A program made the translations under genes and the position numbers. A stretch of 64,000 bases of DNA from a virus: IMG/VR virus record IMGVR_UViG_3300027973_002292, positions 63,649 through 127,648 of that record. One strand, 5' to 3'. The notes beneath the pieces were generated by a model. The model worked only from the letters and a program-made list of their open reading frames with translations, was not told the DNA's origin and did no database searches. Shown piece after piece: positions 54,939 to 64,000 of the stretch (within the stretch, counting starts at the first letter, position 1; every line of letters starts with the position of its first letter).

Positions 54939-57900
54939 TTATTTTGCTTCAAGAGCAGACATTCTTGCTATTAGATTTTCTATTTTTTGGTTTTGATTTT
55001 CTATTATAATTTGCTGTTCTTTAATAGCCTCGATTAAAAGAGGAGTTAATCTTGGGTAATCGATTGACCTTGCGTCTTGGCAATCTTCTGATAATTTCCA
55101 TAAGTCAACAACTTCAGGTACAATTTTTTCTACGTCTTGAGCTATTAGTCCAATAATTGGAACATTTAATTTATATCCGTCTCTTACGCTATTTACGAAT
55201 TCATTCCATTCATATTTTACTCCTTGGAGTTTCTTTATTTTTTCTAAAGAGTTTTCCAAAGGGGTTATGTTTTTCTTGAATCTTATGTCTGAAGAAGTCG
55301 GGAAAGCTGTGGCGTGAATGTTTCCGTTTACATCTAGTTTGTAACTTGGGCTGACTCCGATTCCTACATCTCCTCCGCTTAGTACTCTAATATGAGTTGT
55401 ACTGCTTCCGCCTGCTCCTAAATACAATGTACCACTAGTAGTGTAACAATAGACGTCGTTAGTACTACTTGCTCTTCTAATACCATGGCTTGAGCTATTA
55501 AAATAAAATGCTCCGGTTGAACCTGCGCTACTTCCTGAGTAAACAAATCCGTTAGAAGTTAGGCTTGCTACCGTATAATCATTTGATGTATTTAATGCGC
55601 CTGCTGAAGCAGCACTCCCACTACAAGAAGTAGAGCTGCCATTAATATTCATTGTTTGTCCGCTAATAAATGCAGCGACTTTATCTGCACTAGCGCTTCT
55701 ATGGTAATCGTTACCAAATTTTGCCATTATATAAGTAAGACCAGTAGAACCTGTGTCATCGGTTGAATTTACATAACTTCCTAAGAAATATCTTGTAGAT
55801 ATATCACCACCGCTATCTCTATAAACAATTGTATTTGCAGTGGCAGCGGTTGTAGGATTATTAAATCCACTGATTGAACCAGCAGTTCCTGTACATGAAG
55901 TTACTGTTTGTGATGCAATGTTACCAGTATGAATCATCTCCACCCAACTTCTTAAAGTTGGCCAAGCACTTCTCCAAAAAAACCTGTTATCTGCTTCTCC
56001 TGCACAGAGCATCTGGAAACCGTATGCATTTACATTATTTTGATGGTTATAATGAAAACCCTGAAACCCTACATAGTGACTTGAACTACCCGGTCCATTT
56101 GCTGGACTACCCCAACTATCAATAAAACCAGAACCCCAATTAGAAAATATGTAGTTACAATCGGTATTGCCATAACCCATTGTGCCATTACGATAATATG
56201 CTGAACCACCATATCTAGAAACATACGGTGAATTGACATGCATTGAATTCATGTCGTTGTACGACATGGTAAAAGTACTGAACTTGTTTAAGTTAGAAGT
56301 ACCTGCGGGATCTAAATAGTAAGTAGTATCGTCACGATCTCTGAACTGTGTAGCATCGACAGTGCCTACAGCAACAAGAGAAGAGCCATTAAAAGCTACA
56401 TAAGCACTACCCATTACTCCAGCAGCAGTACTTGTCGCACTTCCAAACCAAAATGCATTTGCGCCAAGTCCCAATGCTCCAGTAGTTCCAGTTAGTCCAA
56501 AACCACAACCGATATTAGACTGTCTAGTTAATCCATAATAACTATAATTTGAAGCACCCGCCGGTTCAGTAACACCTATTGTTCCATAAGTATCATACCC
56601 TGCACCGTTTCCAGCGATATTAATAGACGTACCAGAAACAGTGACAAATGTAGGACTGCTGCCAGTTGTTACATTTTGATTCATAGCCCATGCATAAGAT
56701 TGATTTGAGCTGTCTAATATGGTAGCTTGTGTCCCACCTCCTGGATTTCCTTTAAGACAATAAGCTGTTCCCGCTGACCACCAAAGCTGCCATCCATATC
56801 CATTTCTATGAAACCCGACCTGATCGCTGTTCATCATTAAGTTCGAGCCTGATTCAAACTCAATGCCATACCAACCATTTCTGGTTCCACCGATTCTCCA
56901 TGAACCGTAACTTGCGTTATTAGCGTATAATGAAGCGCTATTTGCATTACCGAATAAATTTGTTACTGTAAGTCCTCCGGTCATCGTCCCACCAGCCAAT
57001 GGCAAGGCATCGGTGATTCCAAATCCAGATAATGTAGTAGGCTTACTGGTGATACCTGACCACGCAACATTTGTAGCGGTTGCAGCATTACCAGCACAAG
57101 AAGCAGAAGAACCACCAATGCTTAAACTAGTAGCAGTACCTGTCAATCCTGTTCCCGGCCCAGTAAAAATTCCTTCTGCTAAAACATTTCCAGCAACATA
57201 AAGCCCCGATGTTGCACTGCTGCTATTAACATATTTACCGTATAGAGCTTTAGTTTGTACAGTTGCAGTTGGTGCATAAGTATAACTATAATATGGCGCA
57301 TTGACTAATGTTAACGATGTTCCTCCACTGTTTCCATCATGAAGAGTTGTATTTGCAACAACATTCCAAAAATAATAAATTGTTGCTCCTCTCAACCAAA
57401 CAATTAATTTGCTTGCTTCTGACATCTGTTGCCAATTAGCAACCAGTTGGGTTGTGTATCCGTGCATTTCAACATTTTCATATGAAGCGCCATACCCCCA
57501 ACCATTTGATTTACAAGAAAAACGAATGTTCAGTGTACTAAACGTATTGCCACCAGCAAATGTATAACCAGGCTCTTCGTATCCACCTCTTTCAATTACG
57601 AATTCAGAATACTGTAGAGCAGTTGCTCCTGAACCAATATTAAATATTACAGGATAATAGTTGTCTTTATTTCCACCCACTGTAAATGATGATCTTGATG
57701 CATCATCTAATCTTCTTGCATAAGTAGCACTAGCAGCATTACCCGTACAAGAAGCGGAGCTTCCACCGGCATTACCTGTGATACTTCCAGTAATAGTATT
57801 AGCAACAGTTAAGCTAAGTAGATTAGTAAGGCTAGCTGGGTTTAGATAATAACTGTTGTTGTCATTTAAATATAAATTACCAGAAACAGCTTTTTTAATA

Positions 57901-60494
57901 TCCCAACCAGCCCAAGCTCCATTCAAGAATCCGTAATCGCCATTACCACTACCATATAATTGAAACGCAAATTGATCCGCAGCGCCTCTCCCTAAAATAC
58001 CCGCATCTGAATTACCCGTGCCTTTTACTAGTAAGTTTCTATCGTTATATTTATAAATGGTTATGTTGGAATCAAAAGTCAATGAATTTACAATAGAATT
58101 ACCTGCTGGATTTATATAATAAGCTGAATTATTACTATCTTTAAATACAGCCCCCCAAATTTCTCCGGCGCTATATAATGTCTTATCATTTCTTACTCTT
58201 AAATAAGTTCCATCAGTCATGTACCAACCACCGCCCCAACCAAAACCTAATTCTTCGTCTGTTAAGAAAGTCGATGTTCCTCTGCCAAATACAATTGCGT
58301 CGTTATTTCCTAACAATTGAATAGAACCATTAACGAATAATCTATTGTTTGTATTTGAACCAACAACTCTGCTATTATCATTTATTGTATATGAGAAATC
58401 AGTTGTACCTATACCAACATTACCAGCACTATTTATTAACATTGAAGGCACATTTTGAACATATGCACCAACAGGCATTGTATAAAAATGCAATTCGCCT
58501 GCGGACCAATTTGCATCCACTCCTTGACCAGTTTTTTTTCCTATAATAGCAGCATAAGCAGTATTATAACTATTAGAATTGCTTTTATTACTAAATAGTA
58601 TTGCTGGTGAAAATGTATTATCCGTTGTGCTTTCGTTGTGTAAAGTTAATCCAATACTATTTGCTATTGTAGTGGCGTTACTGTTACCACTAGTAACTAA
58701 TGCCATAATTGGATCTCTACCATCATTTGCCCAATTAGTTCCATTACTTGTTAATAGTCTGCCACTTCTGTCTGTCCAATGAGTATTTCCAGCGTTTGTA
58801 TTAGTAAAACTATGAGGATAATCTGCGCCAGCATCTCCTCTAATTACTCCACTAACATCTAATTTAGCACCAGGAGTTTCTGTTCCTATACCAACATTAC
58901 CTGTATTGAACCATTGATTTGTAGTATTAAATTGCAATCTATTTACAGAAGCGTAATTAAATGATAATAAATTATCTGCTGCGTTATTAGTTAATACAAA
59001 ATTTCTAGTTGCATTTGATAAAGTAAATTGTGCAGCAGAAGCAGCGTATACTGTTAATAAGTGACTAGGACTACTTGTTCCAATACCAACATTACCATCT
59101 GCTTGAATTCGCATCTTTTCAGATAAAGATGTAGAAATAGTTTTGGTATAAAATGTGAGATCACCCGAACCTGAACCGGCGCTGTTTGTATAATAACCAG
59201 CAATTGTTGCAAATGTTTGACTATTGACTGAAAAACCGAGACCGAAGTTCAGAGAATTTACACCATCTGCACCTGACATTAAAAATTGAGCGCCAGTATT
59301 TGTAGCGTATGTTTGTAATTTGGCTCCAGGACTTGTTGTGCCTATACCAACATTGCCGCCGTTATTTAATATTGTGACTCTAGTATTCCAACCGTCACTC
59401 GCATTGTATGTATCAAATGCAAAATTTTTATTTGTAGATGTTTGTCTTATTGTAAGATTTCTACTATTTGAAACTCCAAGATAAAGTCCTCCCCCGCCTA
59501 TACTATCTGATTCTGATTGTATATGAACATTCCCAAGTACATGAAGTTTTTCAATTGGACTTGTAGTACCTATACCAACATTACCATTATTTAATATTGT
59601 TAATAAATCCGTACCAGATCCAAAGTTGCCTTTTTGAAAATTAAATGCTCTGGTTGAACCGGTATAAATGTTATTGAAGTATGTATCACCTACACTTGAA
59701 TCGTATGTGATTTTTAATCCTTCTCCAGTTGGACTGTTGTTATCAGTCAAAAGAATAGCCGCATCATTATCAGAATTAGTATTGTCAATTCTTAATGTAG
59801 TAGTAGCAGCGGAACTTTGTAAATGTAAAAGTGTGCCAGGACTTGTTGTACCTATACCAACATTACCAGAACTACCAACAAACATTTTAACACTATCAGT
59901 ACCTGCGGTAAAATACAAATCACCAGCTCCACTATTATCAGTGCTACGCATGCCTATTCTGGCACCATTACTTTCCCAAACCATGTATTGTAAAGTTCCG
60001 TATTTAGATTTACCAATCAATTGAGCGTTTGTTGCAGATCCAGTACCAGTACTACCATTTTCATATTTTATAAACCCACCAGCATCATTTGCCGTGGTTG
60101 TATAAACATGAAGAAGTTGAGCAGGACTTGATGTACCTATACCCAACCCAGAGCTGTTCAGTGTCATGCGAGTGCCGCCTGCGCCGTCATACCAGCTGAA
60201 CACTCCAAGTTGATTTATTTGATACTGTATCAAACTATTAACAAAAAAACGAATCGGCCTAGTAGCTACGCTTAAAAAATCAATATTACTATCGTCTGTC
60301 CCAATATAGGCTTGTTGCGTGGTTGCATTATTTGCGTAAAATCGAAGCGCAGTGGAATTATCGGCACGGCCACGAATTTTTATTCCAGTTCCACCTGTAT
60401 CGCATTGAACGTCAAGTGGAACAGTAGGGCTTATTGTGCCCACGCCAACATTTCCGCTTGAATTTTTATAAATGCTATAATATGTTATTCCCAT
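54939..60494 (-). CDS. Tail fibre with C-terminal intramolecular chaperone (peptidase S74) domain
   Basis: Nine GNVGIGTxxP-type repeats. C-terminal SDIRFKKNI...GLIAQDV...DY..L...LIEAIKEQ plus coiled coil. Confidence 0.9.
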   Translation of the reverse strand: MGITYYSIYKNSSGNVGVGTISPTVPLDVQCDTGGTGIKIRGRADNSTALRFYANNATTQQAYIGTDDSNIDFLSVATRPIRFFVNSLIQYQINQLGVFSWYDGAGGTRMTLNSSGLGIGTSSPAQLLHVYTTTANDAGGFIKYENGSTGTGSATNAQLIGKSKYGTLQYMVWESNGARIGMRSTDNSGAGDLYFTAGTDSVKMFVGSSGNVGIGTTSPGTLLHLQSSAATTTLRIDNTNSDNDAAILLTDNNSPTGEGLKITYDSSVGDTYFNNIYTGSTRAFNFQKGNFGSGTDLLTILNNGNVGIGTTSPIEKLHVLGNVHIQSESDSIGGGGLYLGVSNSRNLTIRQTSTNKNFAFDTYNASDGWNTRVTILNNGGNVGIGTTSPGAKLQTYATNTGAQFLMSGADGVNSLNFGLGFSVNSQTFATIAGYYTNSAGSGSGDLTFYTKTISTSLSEKMRIQADGNVGIGTSSPSHLLTVYAASAAQFTLSNATRNFVLTNNAADNLLSFNYASVNRLQFNTTNQWFNTGNVGIGTETPGAKLDVSGVIRGDAGADYPHSFTNTNAGNTHWTDRSGRLLTSNGTNWANDGRDPIMALVTSGNSNATTIANSIGLTLHNESTTDNTFSPAILFSNKSNSNSYNTAYAAIIGKKTGQGVDANWSAGELHFYTMPVGAYVQNVPSMLINSAGNVGIGTTDFSYTINDNSRVVGSNTNNRLFVNGSIQLLGNNDAIVFGRGTSTFLTDEELGFGWGGGWYMTDGTYLRVRNDKTLYSAGEIWGAVFKDSNNSAYYINPAGNSIVNSLTFDSNITIYKYNDRNLLVKGTGNSDAGILGRGAADQFAFQLYGSGNGDYGFLNGAWAGWDIKKAVSGNLYLNDNNSYYLNPASLTNLLSLTVANTITGSITGNAGGSSASCTGNAASATYARRLDDASRSSFTVGGNKDNYYPVIFNIGSGATALQYSEFVIERGGYEEPGYTFAGGNTFSTLNIRFSCKSNGWGYGASYENVEMHGYTTQLVANWQQMSEASKLIVWLRGATIYYFWNVVANTTLHDGNSGGTSLTLVNAPYYSYTYAPTATVQTKALYGKYVNSSSATSGLYVAGNVLAEGIFTGPGTGLTGTATSLSIGGSSASCAGNAATATNVAWSGITSKPTTLSGFGITDALPLAGGTMTGGLTVTNLFGNANSASLYANNASYGSWRIGGTRNGWYGIEFESGSNLMMNSDQVGFHRNGYGWQLWWSAGTAYCLKGNPGGGTQATILDSSNQSYAWAMNQNVTTGSSPTFVTVSGTSINIAGNGAGYDTYGTIGVTEPAGASNYSYYGLTRQSNIGCGFGLTGTTGALGLGANAFWFGSATSTAAGVMGSAYVAFNGSSLVAVGTVDATQFRDRDDTTYYLDPAGTSNLNKFSTFTMSYNDMNSMHVNSPYVSRYGGSAYYRNGTMGYGNTDCNYIFSNWGSGFIDSWGSPANGPGSSSHYVGFQGFHYNHQNNVNAYGFQMLCAGEADNRFFWRSAWPTLRSWVEMIHTGNIASQTVTSCTGTAGSISGFNNPTTAATANTIVYRDSGGDISTRYFLGSYVNSTDDTGSTGLTYIMAKFGNDYHRSASADKVAAFISGQTMNINGSSTSCSGSAASAGALNTSNDYTVASLTSNGFVYSGSSAGSTGAFYFNSSSHGIRRASSTNDVYCYTTSGTLYLGAGGSSTTHIRVLSGGDVGIGVSPSYKLDVNGNIHATAFPTSSDIRFKKNITPLENSLEKIKKLQGVKYEWNEFVNSVRDGYKLNVPIIGLIAQDVEKIVPEVVDLWKLSEDCQDARSIDYPRLTPLLIEAIKEQQIIIENQNQKIENLIARMSALEAK

Positions 60495-60500
60495 ATGATT

Positions 60501-63500
60501 TTAAGATCTTTTTATTATTCTAACTGAGAAAGAAGAAGTATTTACATTAAAGTTACTAATTTTTAATCTAACTTGATAACTTGAAGCTGATCCAGTCGGA
60601 CAAGAGTCTGATTCTGTTGAACCAGTTAGCCAAACAACATCTATCACATTCGCAGACAAGCTAGATCCACTAGTATAAACTTCTCTAGCTAATGGAGCTA
60701 ATTGATTGCTGTAAATGTATTGAGTCACAGCAGAACCGTTCCATCCAATACCATTATAAATAAAGATATGAATTGGATCTCTATAACCCGCTCCTGCTGA
60801 ATTTGGATTTGCAGATCCTACAACTTCTAATACAGTAAATGTATCTGCTGTTATTCCAGTGTCTATTGTTGCGCCGCCTGTGGTGTATAATTTTCCAAGG
60901 AGTCCTTCTGTTTGAATATTTCCTACTACATCTAATTTTGCGGCGGGGCTAGTTGTACCTACGCCAACATTGCCTGTATTTGTAAGATTAAGTAGATCAC
61001 CTACAGAGTTTTGATTTGTGTAGAATCTTAACGTAGCATCGCTTCCTGATGGCATGTACATCCACCATTTGCTAGTGCCACTTGTTTGGAATTGTATGCC
61101 GCCTTCATAATTGGTTCTATTGACCATTAGATAAGCATGTTGATTTGCAGTGCCATTTAATGTTAATTGTGGATAAGTGGTTCCAATAGTAGATGTACCA
61201 CCCGCAGCGAAATTACCATTAACTTCTAATTTATAAGCAGGACTTGTTGTGCCTATACCAACATTACCAGTTCCTTTTATAACCATTAATTGAGAACCGT
61301 CCGCATAAAAAACGTGACTATAATTAGATCTTCCTAATATATAGTCAAGTTGATCACCTGAAACTCCCAATCCCATAGAATATGTACCGTCAGTCCAAAC
61401 TCTCAATTTGGGATTTGAACCTGCTGCACTACTATAAGTACCACCCAAACTTAATATTTCTGGAGTGGCTGTTGAAGTTGAGGTTAAATTACCCAATTGA
61501 AGTCTATAAACAGGATTTGTTGTACCTATACCAACATTACCAGAAGTAGCAATCGTCATGAATTCAGTAGTACCACTATTACTAAAGAATCTTAATGGTC
61601 CACCCGCACCACCATAACCAATATACATGCCATCAGCTTGAGCAGAAGTGCTTCTTAAAACTCTGATGTTTCCATATATATCATAACTTAATCCACCAAA
61701 AATATCTGCTCCTGTGCTTATAACATTAGTACCTCTTACAGACACAGCTCCATATACATCTAATTTAGTAGCAGGACTTGTTGTACCAATACCAACGTTG
61801 TTAGCGTTGGTAATTGACATCGCGGATGTAACTGAAGAACCAGTAAAAAATTCTAAAGTATTTTGCCCACTTGAACCATCGTTTCCGATTTCAGCCCAGT
61901 TATTATCTGAGTCATTAGAAATTGCAAGTCTGGCATTAGTTCCTGCTATATGAAGTTTTTGTTGTGGACTCGTTCTCCCGATACCAACATTACCATTTTG
62001 TTGAAATCTAACTCTTTCAGTTCCACCCGGAGCAAATATAAATTTATTACCAGTACCAGAACCGTAACTTGATACAAATGTTAATGTATTATCACCAGAA
62101 GAATCATGATAAATTTTTGAATTTTGACTGCTAGCAGCATTTCCTAATTGTATACCACCATTATAAGCCGCATTTCCACCAGCTGTTGACTGGAATATTG
62201 CGGTTATAGTTGCATCATCTATTCCTTTAACTTCAAATTTAGCACCAGGACTTATTGTCCCTATACCAACATTATTAGATGAATTTATTGTAATTGATGG
62301 AGCACCAGATCCATATCCCAAATGAAGTTTACCAGTTGAATTTTGTTTAATTATGGCATCACCCGCAACTGTACCTGTAAAGAAATGACCAGACGCGCCA
62401 GCTATTCCAAATTCAAGTTCACTGGCAGTTCTTCCAATATATTGATATACATATTGACCCGCATTATTACTTAATATTCCTATTCCAGGACTATCAGGAG
62501 CAATAATTTGTAATTTAGCACCAGGACTTGTTGTTCCTATACCAACGTTGCCAGCGCTTGTAATACGCATTCTTTCATTTGATCCATTTGTATAGAATTT
62601 GTATGAACCCCCACCACCCCCTAAATAAAAATTAAAATCTGGTCTTGTCGATCCCGAATTTCTATTTATATATTCTATATATCCACCATTTAAACTTGCT
62701 TCTCCAGGTCCAAATTCAAAATTTTCATTTGATCCGTTTGATACGACTAACTTTGTTAATGGACTACTTATACCTATACCAACATTACCATCATTGAGTA
62801 TGCGAACTTTTTCGCTACTATTTACTGACAATGCCATTGGATAGTTATTAACAGTACCAAAGTAAGCTACGCCAGACGATGGATTAACTTGAGCAATAGT
62901 TGTGCCATCACTTACCGCTAGTTTTGTTGTTGGACTTGTTGTACCTATACCTAGATTACCGTTTATATCAATACGCATTCTTTCACTTGCAAGCGCAGCA
63001 GCTTGTTGACCAACGTAAAATGCCATACCATTGGTTCTATCAGAAGCAATTGTACCCACAAAATAATTTAAATCTGTAAATTGTAATTGTGTGCCTTGCG
63101 CATTGTTTCCACTATTAACAACTCTCAATATTGCTTTACCTGTACCAGCTGTATTTGTGTTCCATGTACGAACCAATTGATCACCAGCATTACTTGACTG
63201 TACATCCAAAATACCACCCGGACTACTTGTGCCTATACCTAAATTACCATCGGCATTAAGATACATTCTATCAGCGCTATTCGTTCTGAATGTAAGCACT
63301 CCTGAGTTTCCATAAATTTGCGGATCAGATACGCCAAAAATAATTCTATTACCATCTGATATTTTAAAATTACCATTATACAGCTCTATTTTTGCACTTG
63401 GACTTGTTGTGCCTATACCAATATTTGTACCATTATCAAAAACAATACTATTAGTTATAGTAGAAGATGAATTAAACTTAACTAAATAATTGGTAGTACC

Positions 63501-64000
63501 AGAAACAGTTACGCTTGAACCTGAAGATCCTGAGGTTCCGGCAGAGCCAGATGTTCCGCTAGTTCCTGATGAACCGCTTGTACCGGCAGAGCCAGATGTT
63601 CCGCTGGTTCCTGATGAACCGCTTGTACCGGCAGAGCCAGATGTTCCGCTAGTTCCTGATGAACCGCTTGTACCGGCAGAGCCAGATGTTCCGCTGGTTC
63701 CTGATGAACCGCTTGTACCGGCAGAGCCAGATGTTCCGCTGGTTCCTGATGAACCGCTTGTACCAGAAGACCCTGAAGTTCCGGCAGAGCCAGATGTTCC
63801 GCTAGTTCCTGACGAGCCGCTGGTTCCTGACGAACCAGATGATCCGGAAGTTCCGCTAGTACCTGAAGAACCACTTGTACCAGAAGACCCTGAAGTTCCG
63901 GCAGAGCCAGATGTTCCGCTAGTTCCTGACGAGCCGCTGGTTCCTGACGAACCAGATGATCCGGAAGTTCCGCTAGTACCTGAAGAACCACTTGTACCAG
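60501..64000 (-). CDS. Tail fibre-like protein, 5'-truncated by the window end
   Basis: Frame stays open upstream of the track's GTG at 63299 (…GTSGSSGSSVTVSGTTNYLVKF…GTNIGIGTTSP…). Eleven GIGT-type repeats and an N-proximal (G-x-S/A)n tract. Confidence 0.88.
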   Translation of the reverse strand, partial: GTSGSSGTSGTSGSSGSSGTSGSSGTSGTSGSAGTSGSSGTSGSSGTSGTSGSSGSSGTSGSSGTSGTSGSAGTSGSSGTSGSSGTSGTSGSAGTSGSSGTSGTSGSAGTSGSSGTSGTSGSAGTSGSSGTSGTSGSAGTSGSSGTSGTSGSAGTSGSSGSSVTVSGTTNYLVKFNSSSTITNSIVFDNGTNIGIGTTSPSAKIELYNGNFKISDGNRIIFGVSDPQIYGNSGVLTFRTNSADRMYLNADGNLGIGTSSPGGILDVQSSNAGDQLVRTWNTNTAGTGKAILRVVNSGNNAQGTQLQFTDLNYFVGTIASDRTNGMAFYVGQQAAALASERMRIDINGNLGIGTTSPTTKLAVSDGTTIAQVNPSSGVAYFGTVNNYPMALSVNSSEKVRILNDGNVGIGISSPLTKLVVSNGSNENFEFGPGEASLNGGYIEYINRNSGSTRPDFNFYLGGGGGSYKFYTNGSNERMRITSAGNVGIGTTSPGAKLQIIAPDSPGIGILSNNAGQYVYQYIGRTASELEFGIAGASGHFFTGTVAGDAIIKQNSTGKLHLGYGSGAPSITINSSNNVGIGTISPGAKFEVKGIDDATITAIFQSTAGGNAAYNGGIQLGNAASSQNSKIYHDSSGDNTLTFVSSYGSGTGNKFIFAPGGTERVRFQQNGNVGIGRTSPQQKLHIAGTNARLAISNDSDNNWAEIGNDGSSGQNTLEFFTGSSVTSAMSITNANNVGIGTTSPATKLDVYGAVSVRGTNVISTGADIFGGLSYDIYGNIRVLRSTSAQADGMYIGYGGAGGPLRFFSNSGTTEFMTIATSGNVGIGTTNPVYRLQLGNLTSTSTATPEILSLGGTYSSAAGSNPKLRVWTDGTYSMGLGVSGDQLDYILGRSNYSHVFYADGSQLMVIKGTGNVGIGTTSPAYKLEVNGNFAAGGTSTIGTTYPQLTLNGTANQHAYLMVNRTNYEGGIQFQTSGTSKWWMYMPSGSDATLRFYTNQNSVGDLLNLTNTGNVGVGTTSPAAKLDVVGNIQTEGLLGKLYTTGGATIDTGITADTFTVLEVVGSANPNSAGAGYRDPIHIFIYNGIGWNGSAVTQYIYSNQLAPLAREVYTSGSSLSANVIDVVWLTGSTESDSCPTGSASSYQVRLKISNFNVNTSSFSVRIIKRS
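63519..64000 (-). repeat. Coding tandem repeat (Gly-Thr/Ser-Ser)n with 9-, 45- and 117-nt periodicities
   Basis: Five 45-nt units starting at 63538, 63583, 63628, 63673 and 63718. 117-nt units start at 63757, 63874 and 63991 (partial). Confidence 0.95.

Noticed and set aside
1667-61953. The many 60-120 aa ORFs antisense to, or nested in, long genes in the track
   Set aside because: They fully overlap well-supported genes, lack recognisable motifs, and are expected as shadow ORFs.
63509-63991. 160-aa repeat ORF (LAEHLALP...)
   Set aside because: It is an alternative frame of the G-x-S tandem repeat. The frame continuous with the tail fibre is the credible one.
63519-64000. Possible CRISPR array
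   Set aside because: Units are head-to-tail with no unique spacers, have lengths that are multiples of 9, and lie in an open coding frame.
54939-64000. Diversity-generating retroelement acting on the tail fibres
   Set aside because: No reverse transcriptase and no template/variable repeat pair differing at adenines in this window.
1-64000. Stop-codon reassignment
   Set aside because: Very long ORFs are intact under the standard code, and TAA, TGA and TAG all end recognisable genes at expected positions.

Overview
A 64-kb, AT-rich, densely coded segment of a large tailed dsDNA phage genome. Both ends cut through genes and the standard genetic code fits. Blocks in order: (1) 1-16.6 kb (+): three very large, probably virion/baseplate proteins (3242, 904 and 1161 aa). 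(2) 16.6-30.2 kb (-): replication/recombination module with a Rad52-like annealase, Whirly-like SSB, a DNA polymerase III alpha split into PHP, exonuclease and core genes, a Cas4-like nuclease, primase, DnaB and RecA. (3) 30.2-44.2 kb (-): a 14-gene sugar-nucleotide/glycosyltransferase cluster with an unusual NeuB + ThDP enzyme + SDR + dehydroquinate-synthase-like + FGGY kinase core. (4) 44.3-53.2 kb: class II RNR, a phage sigma factor, dUTPase, HNH, dNMP kinase and small genes. (5) 53.2-64 kb (-): an Ig-domain protein and two repeat-rich tail fibres. The most striking unexplained element is a ~430-nt non-coding region (48777-49206, - strand) between a sigma70-type promoter and the phage sigma factor gene. 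It folds into two abutting multi-helix domains, carries a duplicated 15-nt motif and encodes two short uORFs sharing KAMAVS. It is a candidate new structured RNA leader/switch controlling the sigma factor. Two promoter classes are visible: leaderless TTGACN-N16/17-CATNNT, and GTGTAA-N9-13-ATG. All protein calls come from motif recognition by eye; no database search or folding program was run.
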